Assembly (NCBI RefSeq): GCF_000012925.1
Contig: NC_007517.1
Span: 3,480,001-3,512,000 of the forward strand
Reading direction: 5' to 3'
DNA length: 32,000 bases
From: Geobacter metallireducens GS-15
Lineage (GTDB): Bacteria > Desulfobacterota > Desulfuromonadia > Geobacterales > Geobacteraceae
The position numbers were made by a program, and so were the translations under genes. Under the pieces are notes generated by a model. That model ran no database searches. It was not told where the DNA came from and worked only from the letters and a program-made list of their open reading frames with translations. Shown one piece after another: positions 15,942-23,837 of this stretch (positions are counted from its first letter, which is position 1; each line of letters begins with the position of its first letter).

Positions 15942-16735
15942 TATCCCTTACCCATAAGTTTCATGAGAGCAATGATCTGCTCGTCCAACGCCCCGAACGA
16001 TCCCCGGAGGGTATGGAGAAACACCGTCAGTGAGAGTCCGAGGATGATGAAGCCTATGCCGATATTGAGAGGCATACTCACGAAAAAGACGTTCATCTGG
16101 GGGAACGCCCGGGCCATGATGCCGAGCATGACGCTCGTCAGGAGCAGGGTCACCATGATCGGCGCGGACAGCTTGATGGCCAGGATGAATACCTGGCCGA
16201 TGGTGACGACCAGGAAATTCAGAAGCCCTTCGCTCATGGTCCAGGCCCCCACGGGGAGAACGGCATAGCTCTCCACCAGGGCGTTGATGAAAACATGGTG
16301 GACGTTGAGGGAGAGAAACAGGAGGGTGGCGAACATCTCCTGGAAGATGGAGATAATCGACAACTGGCTCCCCCGGGAAGGGTCGATTTCACTGACGATG
16401 GAGAGCCCCATCTGGATGCCGCAGATCTGGCCGCAGAATTCGACGGCGGCAAAGATGATGAGGGAGAGGAGGCCGAGACAGGTCCCCACGAGGGCCTCGC
16501 GGATCATGAGCATGCCGAGGGAGAGCATGTCTGCGGGAAGCTGGGGGATTTTTGCCTTGATGAGAGGGAAGCAGACCACCGTCAGGGCGAAGATCGCCAG
16601 GACCTTAATGTTCATGGGCACCCGCCGGCCGCCGAACAGGGGGATGGCCGCGAAGATGCCGGCCATCCGCCCGAGCACCAGGGCGAAGAAGGCGACGTCA
16701 TTGACCGACGGGAATGGGGTGGTTAGGGGGAACAT
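15941..16735 (-). CDS. fliR: flagellar export apparatus protein FliR
   Basis: 264-aa polytopic membrane protein, positioned between fliQ and flhB. Confidence 0.9.
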   Translation of the reverse strand: MFPLTTPFPSVNDVAFFALVLGRMAGIFAAIPLFGGRRVPMNIKVLAIFALTVVCFPLIKAKIPQLPADMLSLGMLMIREALVGTCLGLLSLIIFAAVEFCGQICGIQMGLSIVSEIDPSRGSQLSIISIFQEMFATLLFLSLNVHHVFINALVESYAVLPVGAWTMSEGLLNFLVVTIGQVFILAIKLSAPIMVTLLLTSVMLGIMARAFPQMNVFFVSMPLNIGIGFIILGLSLTVFLHTLRGSFGALDEQIIALMKLMGKG

Positions 16736-16741
16736 AAGTCA

Positions 16742-16768
16742 GGGACCGGGGACCGGGGACCGGGGACC
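16742..16768 (+). repeat. (G)GGGACC heptad array x4 in the fliQ-fliR spacer
   Basis: The + strand reads gggacc ggggacc ggggacc ggggacc. The array lies 6 nt from the fliR ATG. Confidence 0.85.
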
Positions 16769-16818
16769 AGTAACAACTGTTACCTGAGCACGGGGTCCTG
16801 CTCCCTCATTACGGCCTT

Positions 16819-17088
16819 TCAATGCCTCATATTGGGAATCAGCGCGTAGAGCTCCCGGGTGAAGTCGCTCATGTAGCTCATCATCCACGGGAAGAAGATA
16901 ACCATCGCCACCATGACGATGATGATCTTCGGCGCAAAGGCGAGGGTCGCCTCCTGGATGGAGGTGACCGCCTGGAAAATGCTGATGAGCAGACCCACTA
17001 CGAGCCCCGAGATGAGGAGCGGCGCGGAAAGGAGCAGCGTCACCTCGAAGCTACGGCGTGCCAGCTGAACGACGAGATCGGGACTCAT
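16819..17088 (-). CDS. fliQ: flagellar export apparatus protein FliQ
   Basis: 89-aa protein with two TM helices and typical FliQ sequence (FEVTLLLSAPLLISGLVVGLLISIFQAVTSIQE). Confidence 0.95.
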   Translation of the reverse strand: MSPDLVVQLARRSFEVTLLLSAPLLISGLVVGLLISIFQAVTSIQEATLAFAPKIIIVMVAMVIFFPWMMSYMSDFTRELYALIPNMRH

Positions 17089-17098
17089 GGAAACCTCC

Positions 17099-17164
17099 GG
17101 GATCGGGGACCGGGGATCGGGGACCGGGAAAGGCTTTAATGCTTTTTCCGGTCCCTGGTCCCGG
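17099..17164 (+). repeat. GGGGAYC heptad array (5 G-tracts) plus inverted partner copies in the fliP-fliQ spacer
   Basis: The + strand reads ggg atc gggg acc gggg atc gggg acc ggg (17099-17128). After a 19-nt A/T-rich loop comes ccggtccctggtcccgg (17148-17164). GGGACCGG and CCGGTCCC form a perfect 8-bp stem. Confidence 0.8.
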
Positions 17165-17166
17165 CC

Positions 17167-17919
17167 TTACCCAAAACTCTTGACAAGCGAGCCGATAACC
17201 AGCCCCCACCCGTCCACCAGGACGAAGAGGAGGATCTTGAAGGGGAGCGAGATCATGACCGGCGGCAGCATCATCATGCCCATGGACATGAGGACCGAGG
17301 CCACCACCATGTCGATAACCAGGAACGGGATGAAGATGAGGAAGCCGATCTGGAACGCCGTCCGCAGCTCCGAGATCATGAAGGCCGGGATGAGGGTGAG
17401 GGTCGGGATATCGTCGGCGTTGCGGGGGCGCTGCAGCTTGGAAAGGTTGATGAAGAGCGCCAGGTCCTTCTCCCGGGTCTGGGAGAACATGAACTTGCGC
17501 ACGGGGACCTGGGCCCGCCTGAAAGCCTCCTCCTGGGTGATTTGAGCGGCCCGGTAGGGCTGGATCGCCTGGGTGTTCACCTGCTGCCAGACGGGGCTCA
17601 TGACAAAGAAGGTGAGGAAGAGCGACAGGGCCACGATGATCTGGTTCGGGGGAGATTGCTGGGTGCCGATGGCATTGCGCAGGAACGAGAGGACGATGAC
17701 GATCCGGGTGAAGGAGGTGGTCATCATCATGAGCCCCGGCGCCAGCGACAGCACCGTCATGAGGAAGAAGATCTGAAGGACCGTGGAGACGTCGCCCGGC
17801 TTGGAGGCCTTGCCGACGCCAATGGAGAGGGTCGGGATCACCGGCTCGGCCAGGGCCGCGGCGGCGAATCCGGCAACCACGGCGATGGTTGTGAGGATGA
17901 TGAGAATACGTTTGGTCAT
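17167..17919 (-). CDS. fliP: flagellar export apparatus protein FliP
   Basis: The start is placed at [11 protein letters not shown] (signal-like N-terminus). Conserved FliP blocks are present ([24 protein letters not shown]). The longer track ORF would overlap fliO. Confidence 0.93.
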   Translation of the reverse strand: MTKRILIILTTIAVVAGFAAAALAEPVIPTLSIGVGKASKPGDVSTVLQIFFLMTVLSLAPGLMMMTTSFTRIVIVLSFLRNAIGTQQSPPNQIIVALSLFLTFFVMSPVWQQVNTQAIQPYRAAQITQEEAFRRAQVPVRKFMFSQTREKDLALFINLSKLQRPRNADDIPTLTLIPAFMISELRTAFQIGFLIFIPFLVIDMVVASVLMSMGMMMLPPVMISLPFKILLFVLVDGWGLVIGSLVKSFG

Positions 17920-17938
17920 GACAACACCGTCCCTGGTG

Positions 17939-18430
17939 TCAGAATTTTTCGGCGCGCCGACTGGGGGAGTCGGCCCGCCCCTGCTTGATGGCGGCAATCT
18001 TCGCGGCCATGGCATCGAGCTTTCCCTGAAAGAGGGCGGCCATGGTCGACTGCTTTTCCGGATCATCGATCACTTCAATCTCCTCAAGGATGTCGATCTG
18101 CTTGATGAAGGTGAGGTTGTCGTTGCTGGAGCCCAGCAGCAGGAACTCTCCCCCCACCTCCACGAGGACCAGCGACTTCTTCGGCGCCAGGTGGCGCGTC
18201 TCCACCAGGCGGATGTGGCGCTCGCCGCCCCCCATTGGGGCTCCCAGTTTCAGCCAGCGGTTGGAGAGGTGGTAGAAGAGGTAGATGAGCCCCAGCACCA
18301 CCCCCAGCGCAGCCACCATCTGGAGGGTAAGCATGAACAGGCTCGGGCTGCCCTGCCCGTCCGCGGCCAGGGCAGCGGCCGGCACGAGTGTTGCCGCCGT
18401 TGCAGCCCCTGACATGGCGAGGCGTTTCAC
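17939..18430 (-). CDS. fliO: flagellar biosynthesis protein FliO/FliZ
   Basis: 163 aa with a single TM helix ([20 protein letters not shown]). It lies between fliN and fliP and overlaps fliN by 4 nt. Confidence 0.8.
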   Translation of the reverse strand: MKRLAMSGAATAATLVPAAALAADGQGSPSLFMLTLQMVAALGVVLGLIYLFYHLSNRWLKLGAPMGGGERHIRLVETRHLAPKKSLVLVEVGGEFLLLGSSNDNLTFIKQIDILEEIEVIDDPEKQSTMAALFQGKLDAMAAKIAAIKQGRADSPSRRAEKF

Positions 18431-18732
18431 AGCACCTTCTCCACCCGCTCGTTGGGGCTGACGATATCCACAAGCCGGATACCGAACTTCTCGTTCACCA
18501 CCACCGCCTCGCCCCGGGCCACGAGCTTGGAGTTGACAAACACGTCGAGGGGCTCCCCCGCCAGCTTCGTCAGCTCCACGACCGCCCCCTGGTTAAGCTG
18601 GAGAACGTCCTTCACGAGGATCTTGGTGCGCCCCAGCTCCACCGTGAGCTGCAGCGGTATGTCGAGGATGAAGTTCAGGTTCTTGGTATCCAGTTCGCCA
18701 TCCTTCAGGTTTTCATTGTCGAGGTCGCTCAC
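18427..18732 (-). CDS. fliN: flagellar motor switch protein FliN
   Basis: 101 aa with the SpoA/FliN domain (LQLTVELGRTKILVKDVLQLNQGAVVELTKLAGEPLDVFVN). Confidence 0.95.
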   Translation of the reverse strand: MSDLDNENLKDGELDTKNLNFILDIPLQLTVELGRTKILVKDVLQLNQGAVVELTKLAGEPLDVFVNSKLVARGEAVVVNEKFGIRLVDIVSPNERVEKVL

Positions 18733-19712
18733 TGCTCTCTCCCTTTACCGATAATGGTGGTTATCTGCGCCGCCTTGTTGCCGTGCCTCAGCCCCGGTGC
18801 GGACATGAATTTCGATACCCCCCCAACCTTCACCACCAGGTCGCTGTTGCAGGGTGTGTCAAGCATGATGGTGTCGCCAGGGGTGAGATTCAGAAGCTCG
18901 TCCATGCTGATGATGGCTCCTCCCACCTCCACGGAAAGGTCGAGGGGGGCCTCCAGAAGTTCCTTCGACAGGCGGAACGACCACTGGGGATCGATGGCCA
19001 TCATGTCGACCTGGGCGCCGTTCTTGAGCTTTTCCCTGACCGGATCGATGGTCGTGAGGGGTACGGCGAAGATCATCTTGCCGATGATCTCCTCGATCTG
19101 AATCTCCATCTCCATCGTCACCACCTGATACTCGGGGGGAACGATATTGACGAGCCGGGGGTTCATCTCCATCCGCAAAAAGCCCATTTTGGTGGCGTAA
19201 ATGGGGGCCCAGGCCTTTTCGAGATCGGCAAGCACATCCATGACGATCTTCTGCACCAGCCGCAACTCGATGGAGGTGAACATCCGGTTGCCGACGGTCG
19301 GCACGACCGAGGAACCGGTCCCCCCCAGAATGCAGTCGACGATGGTGAAGACCAGGGTGCTGTCAAAGGCGATCAGCGCCGCCCCCTTGAGGGGATCGGC
19401 CTTGTAGACGGCCATGGCCACCGGCGACGGCATGGTATGGAGGAAGTCGTCGAACTTGAAGGAAGCTGCCCCCACCTTCTTGATCTCGACGATGCGCCCC
19501 AGGCGGTTCGACAGGGTGCCCCGCTGGTAGCGGATGAAGCTGTCGTAAATGATGTCGAGGTTGGGAATGTTCCCCTTCGACTCACTACTGAAGAGGTCGT
19601 AGGACTGAACCGTCGCCTCTGCCTTGGCCAGCTCCTTGTCGGGCTCGATCTTCCCCTCGAAGACGGCGGCCAGCAGCGCCTCTATTTCTTGTTTTGTGAG
19701 GATCTTTTCCAT
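18729..19712 (-). CDS. fliM: flagellar motor switch protein FliM
   Basis: 327 aa. The N-terminus MEKILTKQEIEALL carries the CheY-P-binding-type motif. It overlaps fliN by 4 nt. Confidence 0.95.
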   Translation of the reverse strand: MEKILTKQEIEALLAAVFEGKIEPDKELAKAEATVQSYDLFSSESKGNIPNLDIIYDSFIRYQRGTLSNRLGRIVEIKKVGAASFKFDDFLHTMPSPVAMAVYKADPLKGAALIAFDSTLVFTIVDCILGGTGSSVVPTVGNRMFTSIELRLVQKIVMDVLADLEKAWAPIYATKMGFLRMEMNPRLVNIVPPEYQVVTMEMEIQIEEIIGKMIFAVPLTTIDPVREKLKNGAQVDMMAIDPQWSFRLSKELLEAPLDLSVEVGGAIISMDELLNLTPGDTIMLDTPCNSDLVVKVGGVSKFMSAPGLRHGNKAAQITTIIGKGREQ

Positions 19713-19757
19713 GGACGGTTCCTGGTGTTACGGCGAATCACACGGCAAGCGGCGCCC

Positions 19758-20282
19758 CTACTGCACCACGAAGTCGGTGAAATAGACCTTGCTCACCTTG
19801 CCCGGAGGGAGGATCTTGTTGACTGCCACCATGATCTCGTCCCGAAGCTGGTTCTTCCCCTGGAGGTCCTGGACATCCTGAAGGGTCTTCGTGGTCAGGA
19901 GCACGAGGATGGCATCCCGCAGGGGCGCCTGGCGAAGCTCGATCTCTTTCTTGGCGTCGGCGCTGGCGGTTTCGAACTCCACCTTGACCCGTAGGTACCG
20001 CAGTTCCTGTCCGTCGTAGATATTGACGATGAACGGCTCCATGGGGAAGATGTTGGCAGCGGCGCCAGCCGCTCCCTCCTTGCCGCCACTGGAAGCGGCG
20101 CCTCCCCCTTCAGCCTTCTGCTCAACCTTCGCCTCGGCACCTTCTCCCTTTTTCTCCTTTTTGCCCCCCATGAATACGACGGCAAGGGCGATAATCACCA
20201 CGGCGGCCGCGCCGATGATGATGAAGAGCATTTTCTTGTTTTTCGGCGCACCTTCTGCCGAGGCGTTTTCTTCTGCAGCCAT
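19758..20282 (-). CDS. fliL: flagellar basal-body-associated protein FliL
   Basis: The start is placed at MAAEENASAEG, after a GGAGGAGGA SD. It has a single TM helix and the conserved FliL C-terminal block (RYLRVKVEFE...LRDAILVLL...LRDEI). Confidence 0.9.
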   Translation of the reverse strand: MAAEENASAEGAPKNKKMLFIIIGAAAVVIIALAVVFMGGKKEKKGEGAEAKVEQKAEGGGAASSGGKEGAAGAAANIFPMEPFIVNIYDGQELRYLRVKVEFETASADAKKEIELRQAPLRDAILVLLTTKTLQDVQDLQGKNQLRDEIMVAVNKILPPGKVSKVYFTDFVVQ

Positions 20283-20347
20283 TGGGGTCCTCCTCCTCGT
20301 TACTTTGCGGTTGATATCAGTGGGTTTGACGCACCGATGCAGATACT

Positions 20348-20362
20348 GCAACCGAAGTGCCA
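20348..20362 (-). promoter_or_regulatory. sigma54 (-24/-12) promoter of the fliL-flhB operon
   Basis: The minus strand reads TGGCAC-TTCGG-TTGCA, a perfect match to the TGGCAC-N5-TTGCW consensus. The -12 element is about 66 nt upstream of the fliL ATG. Confidence 0.65.
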
Positions 20363-20644
20363 GAATGCTAAAAACAATCCAAAAGAAGGGGAAGAGCAAA
20401 AGAACCGGGAAAAATCCCGAAAAACCGACGAACTCGGATTCTCAGCGAATGGGACTGACGAACGGATGGGGACGGGGCACTACGGGAATGGCTTTGATGG
20501 TCGATGTTTTGACACAGAACAACGGTAGGAGACGATACATGGGCGGCATGAAGGGGCCATGAAACGCTGTCAGCCGGTGGAACGGCGCAGCGGGGTCAAT
20601 TTTCCGGCACGACTTTGTGGCGGATCAATGCCGAGGAGGGTCAA

Positions 20645-20652
20645 AAAAAAAA
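20645..20652. repeat. left 8-bp target-site duplication (AAAAAAAA) of the IS
   Basis: An A-run at 20643-20652 abuts the left inverted repeat. It matches the A8 at 21979-21986. Confidence 0.7.
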
Positions 20653-21978
20653 GGTTCTTCAGGGAATTCCGGGGAAGATTAATAAACAACAACGGCAGCA
20701 CTGCGGTATCTTGATGGTTCCCCAACCAAAAAAGATCGCAGGAGGCTGCCGTTGTCGTATTCCGATGTTATCGCAATTGCGGGAGGGTGGGAAGGATATC
20801 GTGTTGCTGGGACACGCACTATCGTCACAGGTGATGCCAAACGGATCGAGGTAGAACTGATTGCCCTGTCCCAGGATGAGATGGTGTGTGGCTCGTGCGG
20901 CGGGCGTTGCACAAGCGTCCATGAAACGACCAAGCGCGTAATTCGAGATTTGCCGATTCTCGATGCTCAGACTTATCTGATCGTTCACCGCCGCAGGCTG
21001 CTGTGCCCTCAGTGTGGGCCAACGCTGGAGCGTCTGTCATGGCTGGCGAAATACGCCCGCGTGACGCGCAGGCTTGCAGAGAGCGTAGCGCGACTGTGTG
21101 GTGTCGTGTCTGTGAAGCACGTGGCGCAGTATCTGGGGCTTTCTTGGGACCAGGTGAAGGAAATCGACAAGCGCTCACTCACAGAGCGGGTCGGCACCGT
21201 CGACCTCTCAAACATCGAAGTTCTCGGGATGGATGAGTTCGCCCTTCACAAGGGGCACCGCTATGCGACGGTTATCATCGAGCCATACCGTAAGGAAGTC
21301 TTATGGATCGGCAAAGGCAGGAGTCGCGAGAGTATCCGTCCTTTCTTCACGCAGCTTGGCCCACATGGCTGTAAACGGCTCAAAGCGGTCGTGATGGATA
21401 TGAACGCATCATATGAGGAGGAAATCAAGCAGCACTCGCCCCAGGCAGACATAGTCTACGACCTGTTCCATGTGGTGGCGAAGTATGGCAGGGAAGTGAT
21501 CGACAGGGTGCGAGTCGATGAGGCAAACCGCCTGAAGGAAGACAAGAAGGCACGGAAGGTAGTCAAAACATCGCGGTGGTTGCTGCTACGAAACAGCGAG
21601 AACGTCAAGGGCGACGACATGCTTCGCCTCCAGGAACTGTTGGAGGCAAACCGCAGCCTCCTTACGGTCTACCTGCTCAAAGACGATCTGAAGCAACTGT
21701 GGAAGTTTACCTGCATTGAAGAGGCGGGACTATTCTGGGAGCAGTGGCACCAAAGGGCGATGGAGAGTGGAATACCGCCACTCATCCTGTTTGCCCGCCG
21801 GCTAAAGGGCTATCTCCAAGGAATCCTCAACCACTGCCTCTGGCCCCTTCACACCGGAATCCTCGAAGGCATCAATAACAAGATCAAGGTGATCAAAAGA
21901 ATGGCCTACGGCTTCCGGGATCACGAATACTTCTTTCTCAAGATCAGAGCCGCTTTCCCCGGAATTCCCGGATGAACC
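20653..21978 (+). mobile_element. intact ISL3-family insertion sequence (1326 bp)
   Basis: The terminal inverted repeats are GGTTCTTCAGGGAATTCCGGGGAAG (left) and the reverse complement GGTTCATCCGGGAATTCCGGGGAAA (right), 22/25 identical. There is a single transposase ORF whose stop lies inside the right repeat. The element is flanked by an 8-bp A8 duplication, the size typical of ISL3. Confidence 0.9.
20752..21975 (+). CDS. ISL3 family transposase
   Basis: 407 aa with a TTG start 6 nt after GGAGG. It has the N-terminal zf-ISL3 pattern (CGSCGG...LLCPQCG) and a DDE_Tnp_ISL3-type body (GMDEFALHKGHRYATVI...VMDMNASY...INNKIKVIKRMAYGFRD). Confidence 0.95.
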   Translation: MSYSDVIAIAGGWEGYRVAGTRTIVTGDAKRIEVELIALSQDEMVCGSCGGRCTSVHETTKRVIRDLPILDAQTYLIVHRRRLLCPQCGPTLERLSWLAKYARVTRRLAESVARLCGVVSVKHVAQYLGLSWDQVKEIDKRSLTERVGTVDLSNIEVLGMDEFALHKGHRYATVIIEPYRKEVLWIGKGRSRESIRPFFTQLGPHGCKRLKAVVMDMNASYEEEIKQHSPQADIVYDLFHVVAKYGREVIDRVRVDEANRLKEDKKARKVVKTSRWLLLRNSENVKGDDMLRLQELLEANRSLLTVYLLKDDLKQLWKFTCIEEAGLFWEQWHQRAMESGIPPLILFARRLKGYLQGILNHCLWPLHTGILEGINNKIKVIKRMAYGFRDHEYFFLKIRAAFPGIPG

Positions 21979-21986
21979 AAAAAAAA
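21979..21986. repeat. right 8-bp target-site duplication (AAAAAAAA) of the IS
   Basis: An A8 run lies directly after the right inverted repeat. Confidence 0.7.
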
Positions 21987-22009
21987 GGGGGAGCCGCGTG
22001 GCTCCCCCC
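21979..22009 (-). terminator. rho-independent terminator of flgE, with its T-tract split by the IS
   Basis: The minus strand reads GGGGGAGCC-acgc-GGCTCCCCC followed by T8, then the IS. It begins 13 nt after the flgE TAA. Confidence 0.75.
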
Positions 22010-22022
22010 GGGGAATGTCAGG

Positions 22023-23282
22023 TTACCGCTTGAGATTGAGGACTTCCTGGAGCATCTCGTCGGCGGTGGTGATGGTCTTGGAGTTGGCGGAGTAGCCCCG
22101 CTGGGTGGTGATCATCTTGACGAACTGGGCCGCCATGTCCACGTTGGACTGCTCCAGGGAGTTGGCAAGGACCTTCCCGACGCCCGGAGTGCTGGCGTTG
22201 GAGAAGAGAGGCTGACCCGAGTCCAGGGTCTCCTCGAAGAGGGTGCCCCCCGCCTTGGAGAGGCCGGTGGTGGAGGCGAACTTGGCCAGGGCCACCTGGT
22301 AGAGCTTCTTGAGCTCGCCGTTGGAGTAAACCCCGTTCACGTACCCCTTGTCGTCGATGGTGACCTTGGTCAGGGTACCCTGGTAGTAGCCGTCCTGGGT
22401 CTGGGAAGAGACAATGGAGGGGCTGGCGTACTGGGTGGTGGCGCCGACGCCCATGCCGAAGAGGATCGGCTGCGGAGCGGTTACCCCGCCCGTGAAGGTG
22501 ATGTTCTGGGCCGCGCTGGCCAAGGGGGTCTGGCCGGTGAGGGCACCGGTGGCGTCAAAGGTAAGGGTCCCGTCCAAGGGGGTGGTGCTGCTGCCGGGGG
22601 TACCGGCCTGGGCGTCGGGGAGAATGGCGTGCCAGTCCCACGCGTTGGCGGCGGTCTTGCGGAAGTAGACCGTTGCCGTGTGGGCGTTCCCCTGGGAGTC
22701 GTAAACCGACAGGCTCGTGGAGAAGTTGGAGGTGGCCACCGGGTTGGCCGGATTCCAGGGAAGGGCCGGCGTGCTCTGGGTGGAATCCAGGTTCAGCACC
22801 ATGTCGACGGCAGAGGTCTGCTTCGGCGGGGTAGTGGCGAACGTGGTCAGATCGATGGGCTTCATGACGCCATCGGCAAGGCCCGACGAGGGGATGATCC
22901 CATACCCCTGCACCTGGTACCCTTCCGGGTTCACGAGAGTCTTGTCCTTGTCGAAGGTGAAGGCGCCGGCACGGGTGTAATAGCGGCCGTTGTCGTTCTG
23001 GACCACGAAGAAGGAATCGCCCTGGACGGCCAGGTCGGTGCCGCTCTCGGTGCTCTCGAAGGAGCCCTGGGTGAACTGGTTCTCAACGGTCTGGATCTGG
23101 ACGCCGCGGCCGATCTGGGAGCCGCCGCTGATGGTGCTGGAGAGGACGTCGGAGAAGAGCATCCGTCCCTGCTTGAAACCGATGGTGTTAACGTTGGAGA
23201 TGTTGTTGCCGATGACGGACATGGCTTCGCCGTTGGCGTTGAGGCCGCTGATGCCGGTATACAGTGCAGATGTAACGCTCAT
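22023..23282 (-). CDS. flgE: flagellar hook protein FlgE
   Basis: 419 aa. It has the conserved N-terminus MSVTSALYTGISGLNANGEAMSVIGNNISNVNTIGFK and the C-terminus ...YSANSKTITTADEMLQEVLNLKR. Confidence 0.95.
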   Translation of the reverse strand: MSVTSALYTGISGLNANGEAMSVIGNNISNVNTIGFKQGRMLFSDVLSSTISGGSQIGRGVQIQTVENQFTQGSFESTESGTDLAVQGDSFFVVQNDNGRYYTRAGAFTFDKDKTLVNPEGYQVQGYGIIPSSGLADGVMKPIDLTTFATTPPKQTSAVDMVLNLDSTQSTPALPWNPANPVATSNFSTSLSVYDSQGNAHTATVYFRKTAANAWDWHAILPDAQAGTPGSSTTPLDGTLTFDATGALTGQTPLASAAQNITFTGGVTAPQPILFGMGVGATTQYASPSIVSSQTQDGYYQGTLTKVTIDDKGYVNGVYSNGELKKLYQVALAKFASTTGLSKAGGTLFEETLDSGQPLFSNASTPGVGKVLANSLEQSNVDMAAQFVKMITTQRGYSANSKTITTADEMLQEVLNLKR

Positions 23283-23414
23283 GTGTGTTGCCTCCGAGGG
23301 GTCGGCAGTAGTCGACTGCCGCCTGGTTCAAACGGGACGCCTCTGTCGGTCGGCGTCCCCGGGCCCCCGTGAAGGTCCGGCCCGTTGTGGATCATTTTCT
23401 TCCCTGCTGCTTCA

Positions 23415-23436
23415 GGTCCCCGATCCCTGGTCCCCG
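23415..23436 (-). repeat. GGGGAYC-type heptads in the opposite orientation, in the flgE leader
   Basis: The + strand reads ggtccccgatccctggtccccg, so the minus strand (mRNA) reads CGGGGACCAGGGATCGGGGACC. It lies directly after the stop of the upstream gene. Confidence 0.75.
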
Positions 23437-23440
23437 TATC

Positions 23441-23830
23441 CTAGAAAACTACTGCCGAATCGATGTTCGTGAACACATTCCCTTGCATGCTCCCCCGGTC
23501 CATGGCGGTGATGACTGTCCGGTTTTTGACACTCACCACAAGTGCCGCGTCGCCGAGCATGATGAGCGATTCGCGCCCACCCTTCTGGGCCACGCTGTCC
23601 ACCGCTCCCTCCAGCCTCTTCATATCAGCTTCGTTGAGGCTGATCCCCCGTGCCCTCAGCCGTTCCTGGGCATGCTGGGAGAATTTGACCCCCTGGGCCG
23701 GCATCTTGCCGTCGAGGATCTTCGCGAAGGCGGGTGGCTGTGCGCCCCCCTGCTTCGCCGGTTGCGGTTGCGCCGGTTTCTGTCCCGGGTTGATGGGGAG
23801 TGGTTCGGGAAAATAGATCTTGTCGATCAT
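23441..23830 (-). CDS. flagellar operon protein (TIGR02530-like, unknown function)
   Basis: 129 aa, positioned between flgD and flgE as in other fla operons. It contains FSQHAQERLRARGISL...ALVVSVKNRTVITAM. Confidence 0.75.
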   Translation of the reverse strand: MIDKIYFPEPLPINPGQKPAQPQPAKQGGAQPPAFAKILDGKMPAQGVKFSQHAQERLRARGISLNEADMKRLEGAVDSVAQKGGRESLIMLGDAALVVSVKNRTVITAMDRGSMQGNVFTNIDSAVVF

Positions 23831-23837
23831 CCCTTCC

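Noticed and set aside
16742-17164. Heptad arrays as a possible CRISPR or other spacer-repeat array.
   Set aside because: The units are only 7 nt long and contiguous, with no spacers and no cas genes. They are microsatellite-like, not CRISPR.
17920-18066. N-terminal extensions of track ORFs: fliP to 18066, fliL to 20399, DUF3373 to 12322 and WYL to 6115.
   Set aside because: The extensions overlap upstream genes or promoter regions, lack an SD and have non-protein-like composition. The internal starts have strong SDs and begin with the expected signal peptide or conserved N-terminus.
20605-20619. A sigma54-like CGGCAC-N5-TGTG motif on the + strand, just left of the IS.
   Set aside because: The -12 element lacks the GC dinucleotide, and nothing is encoded downstream on that strand except the IS end.
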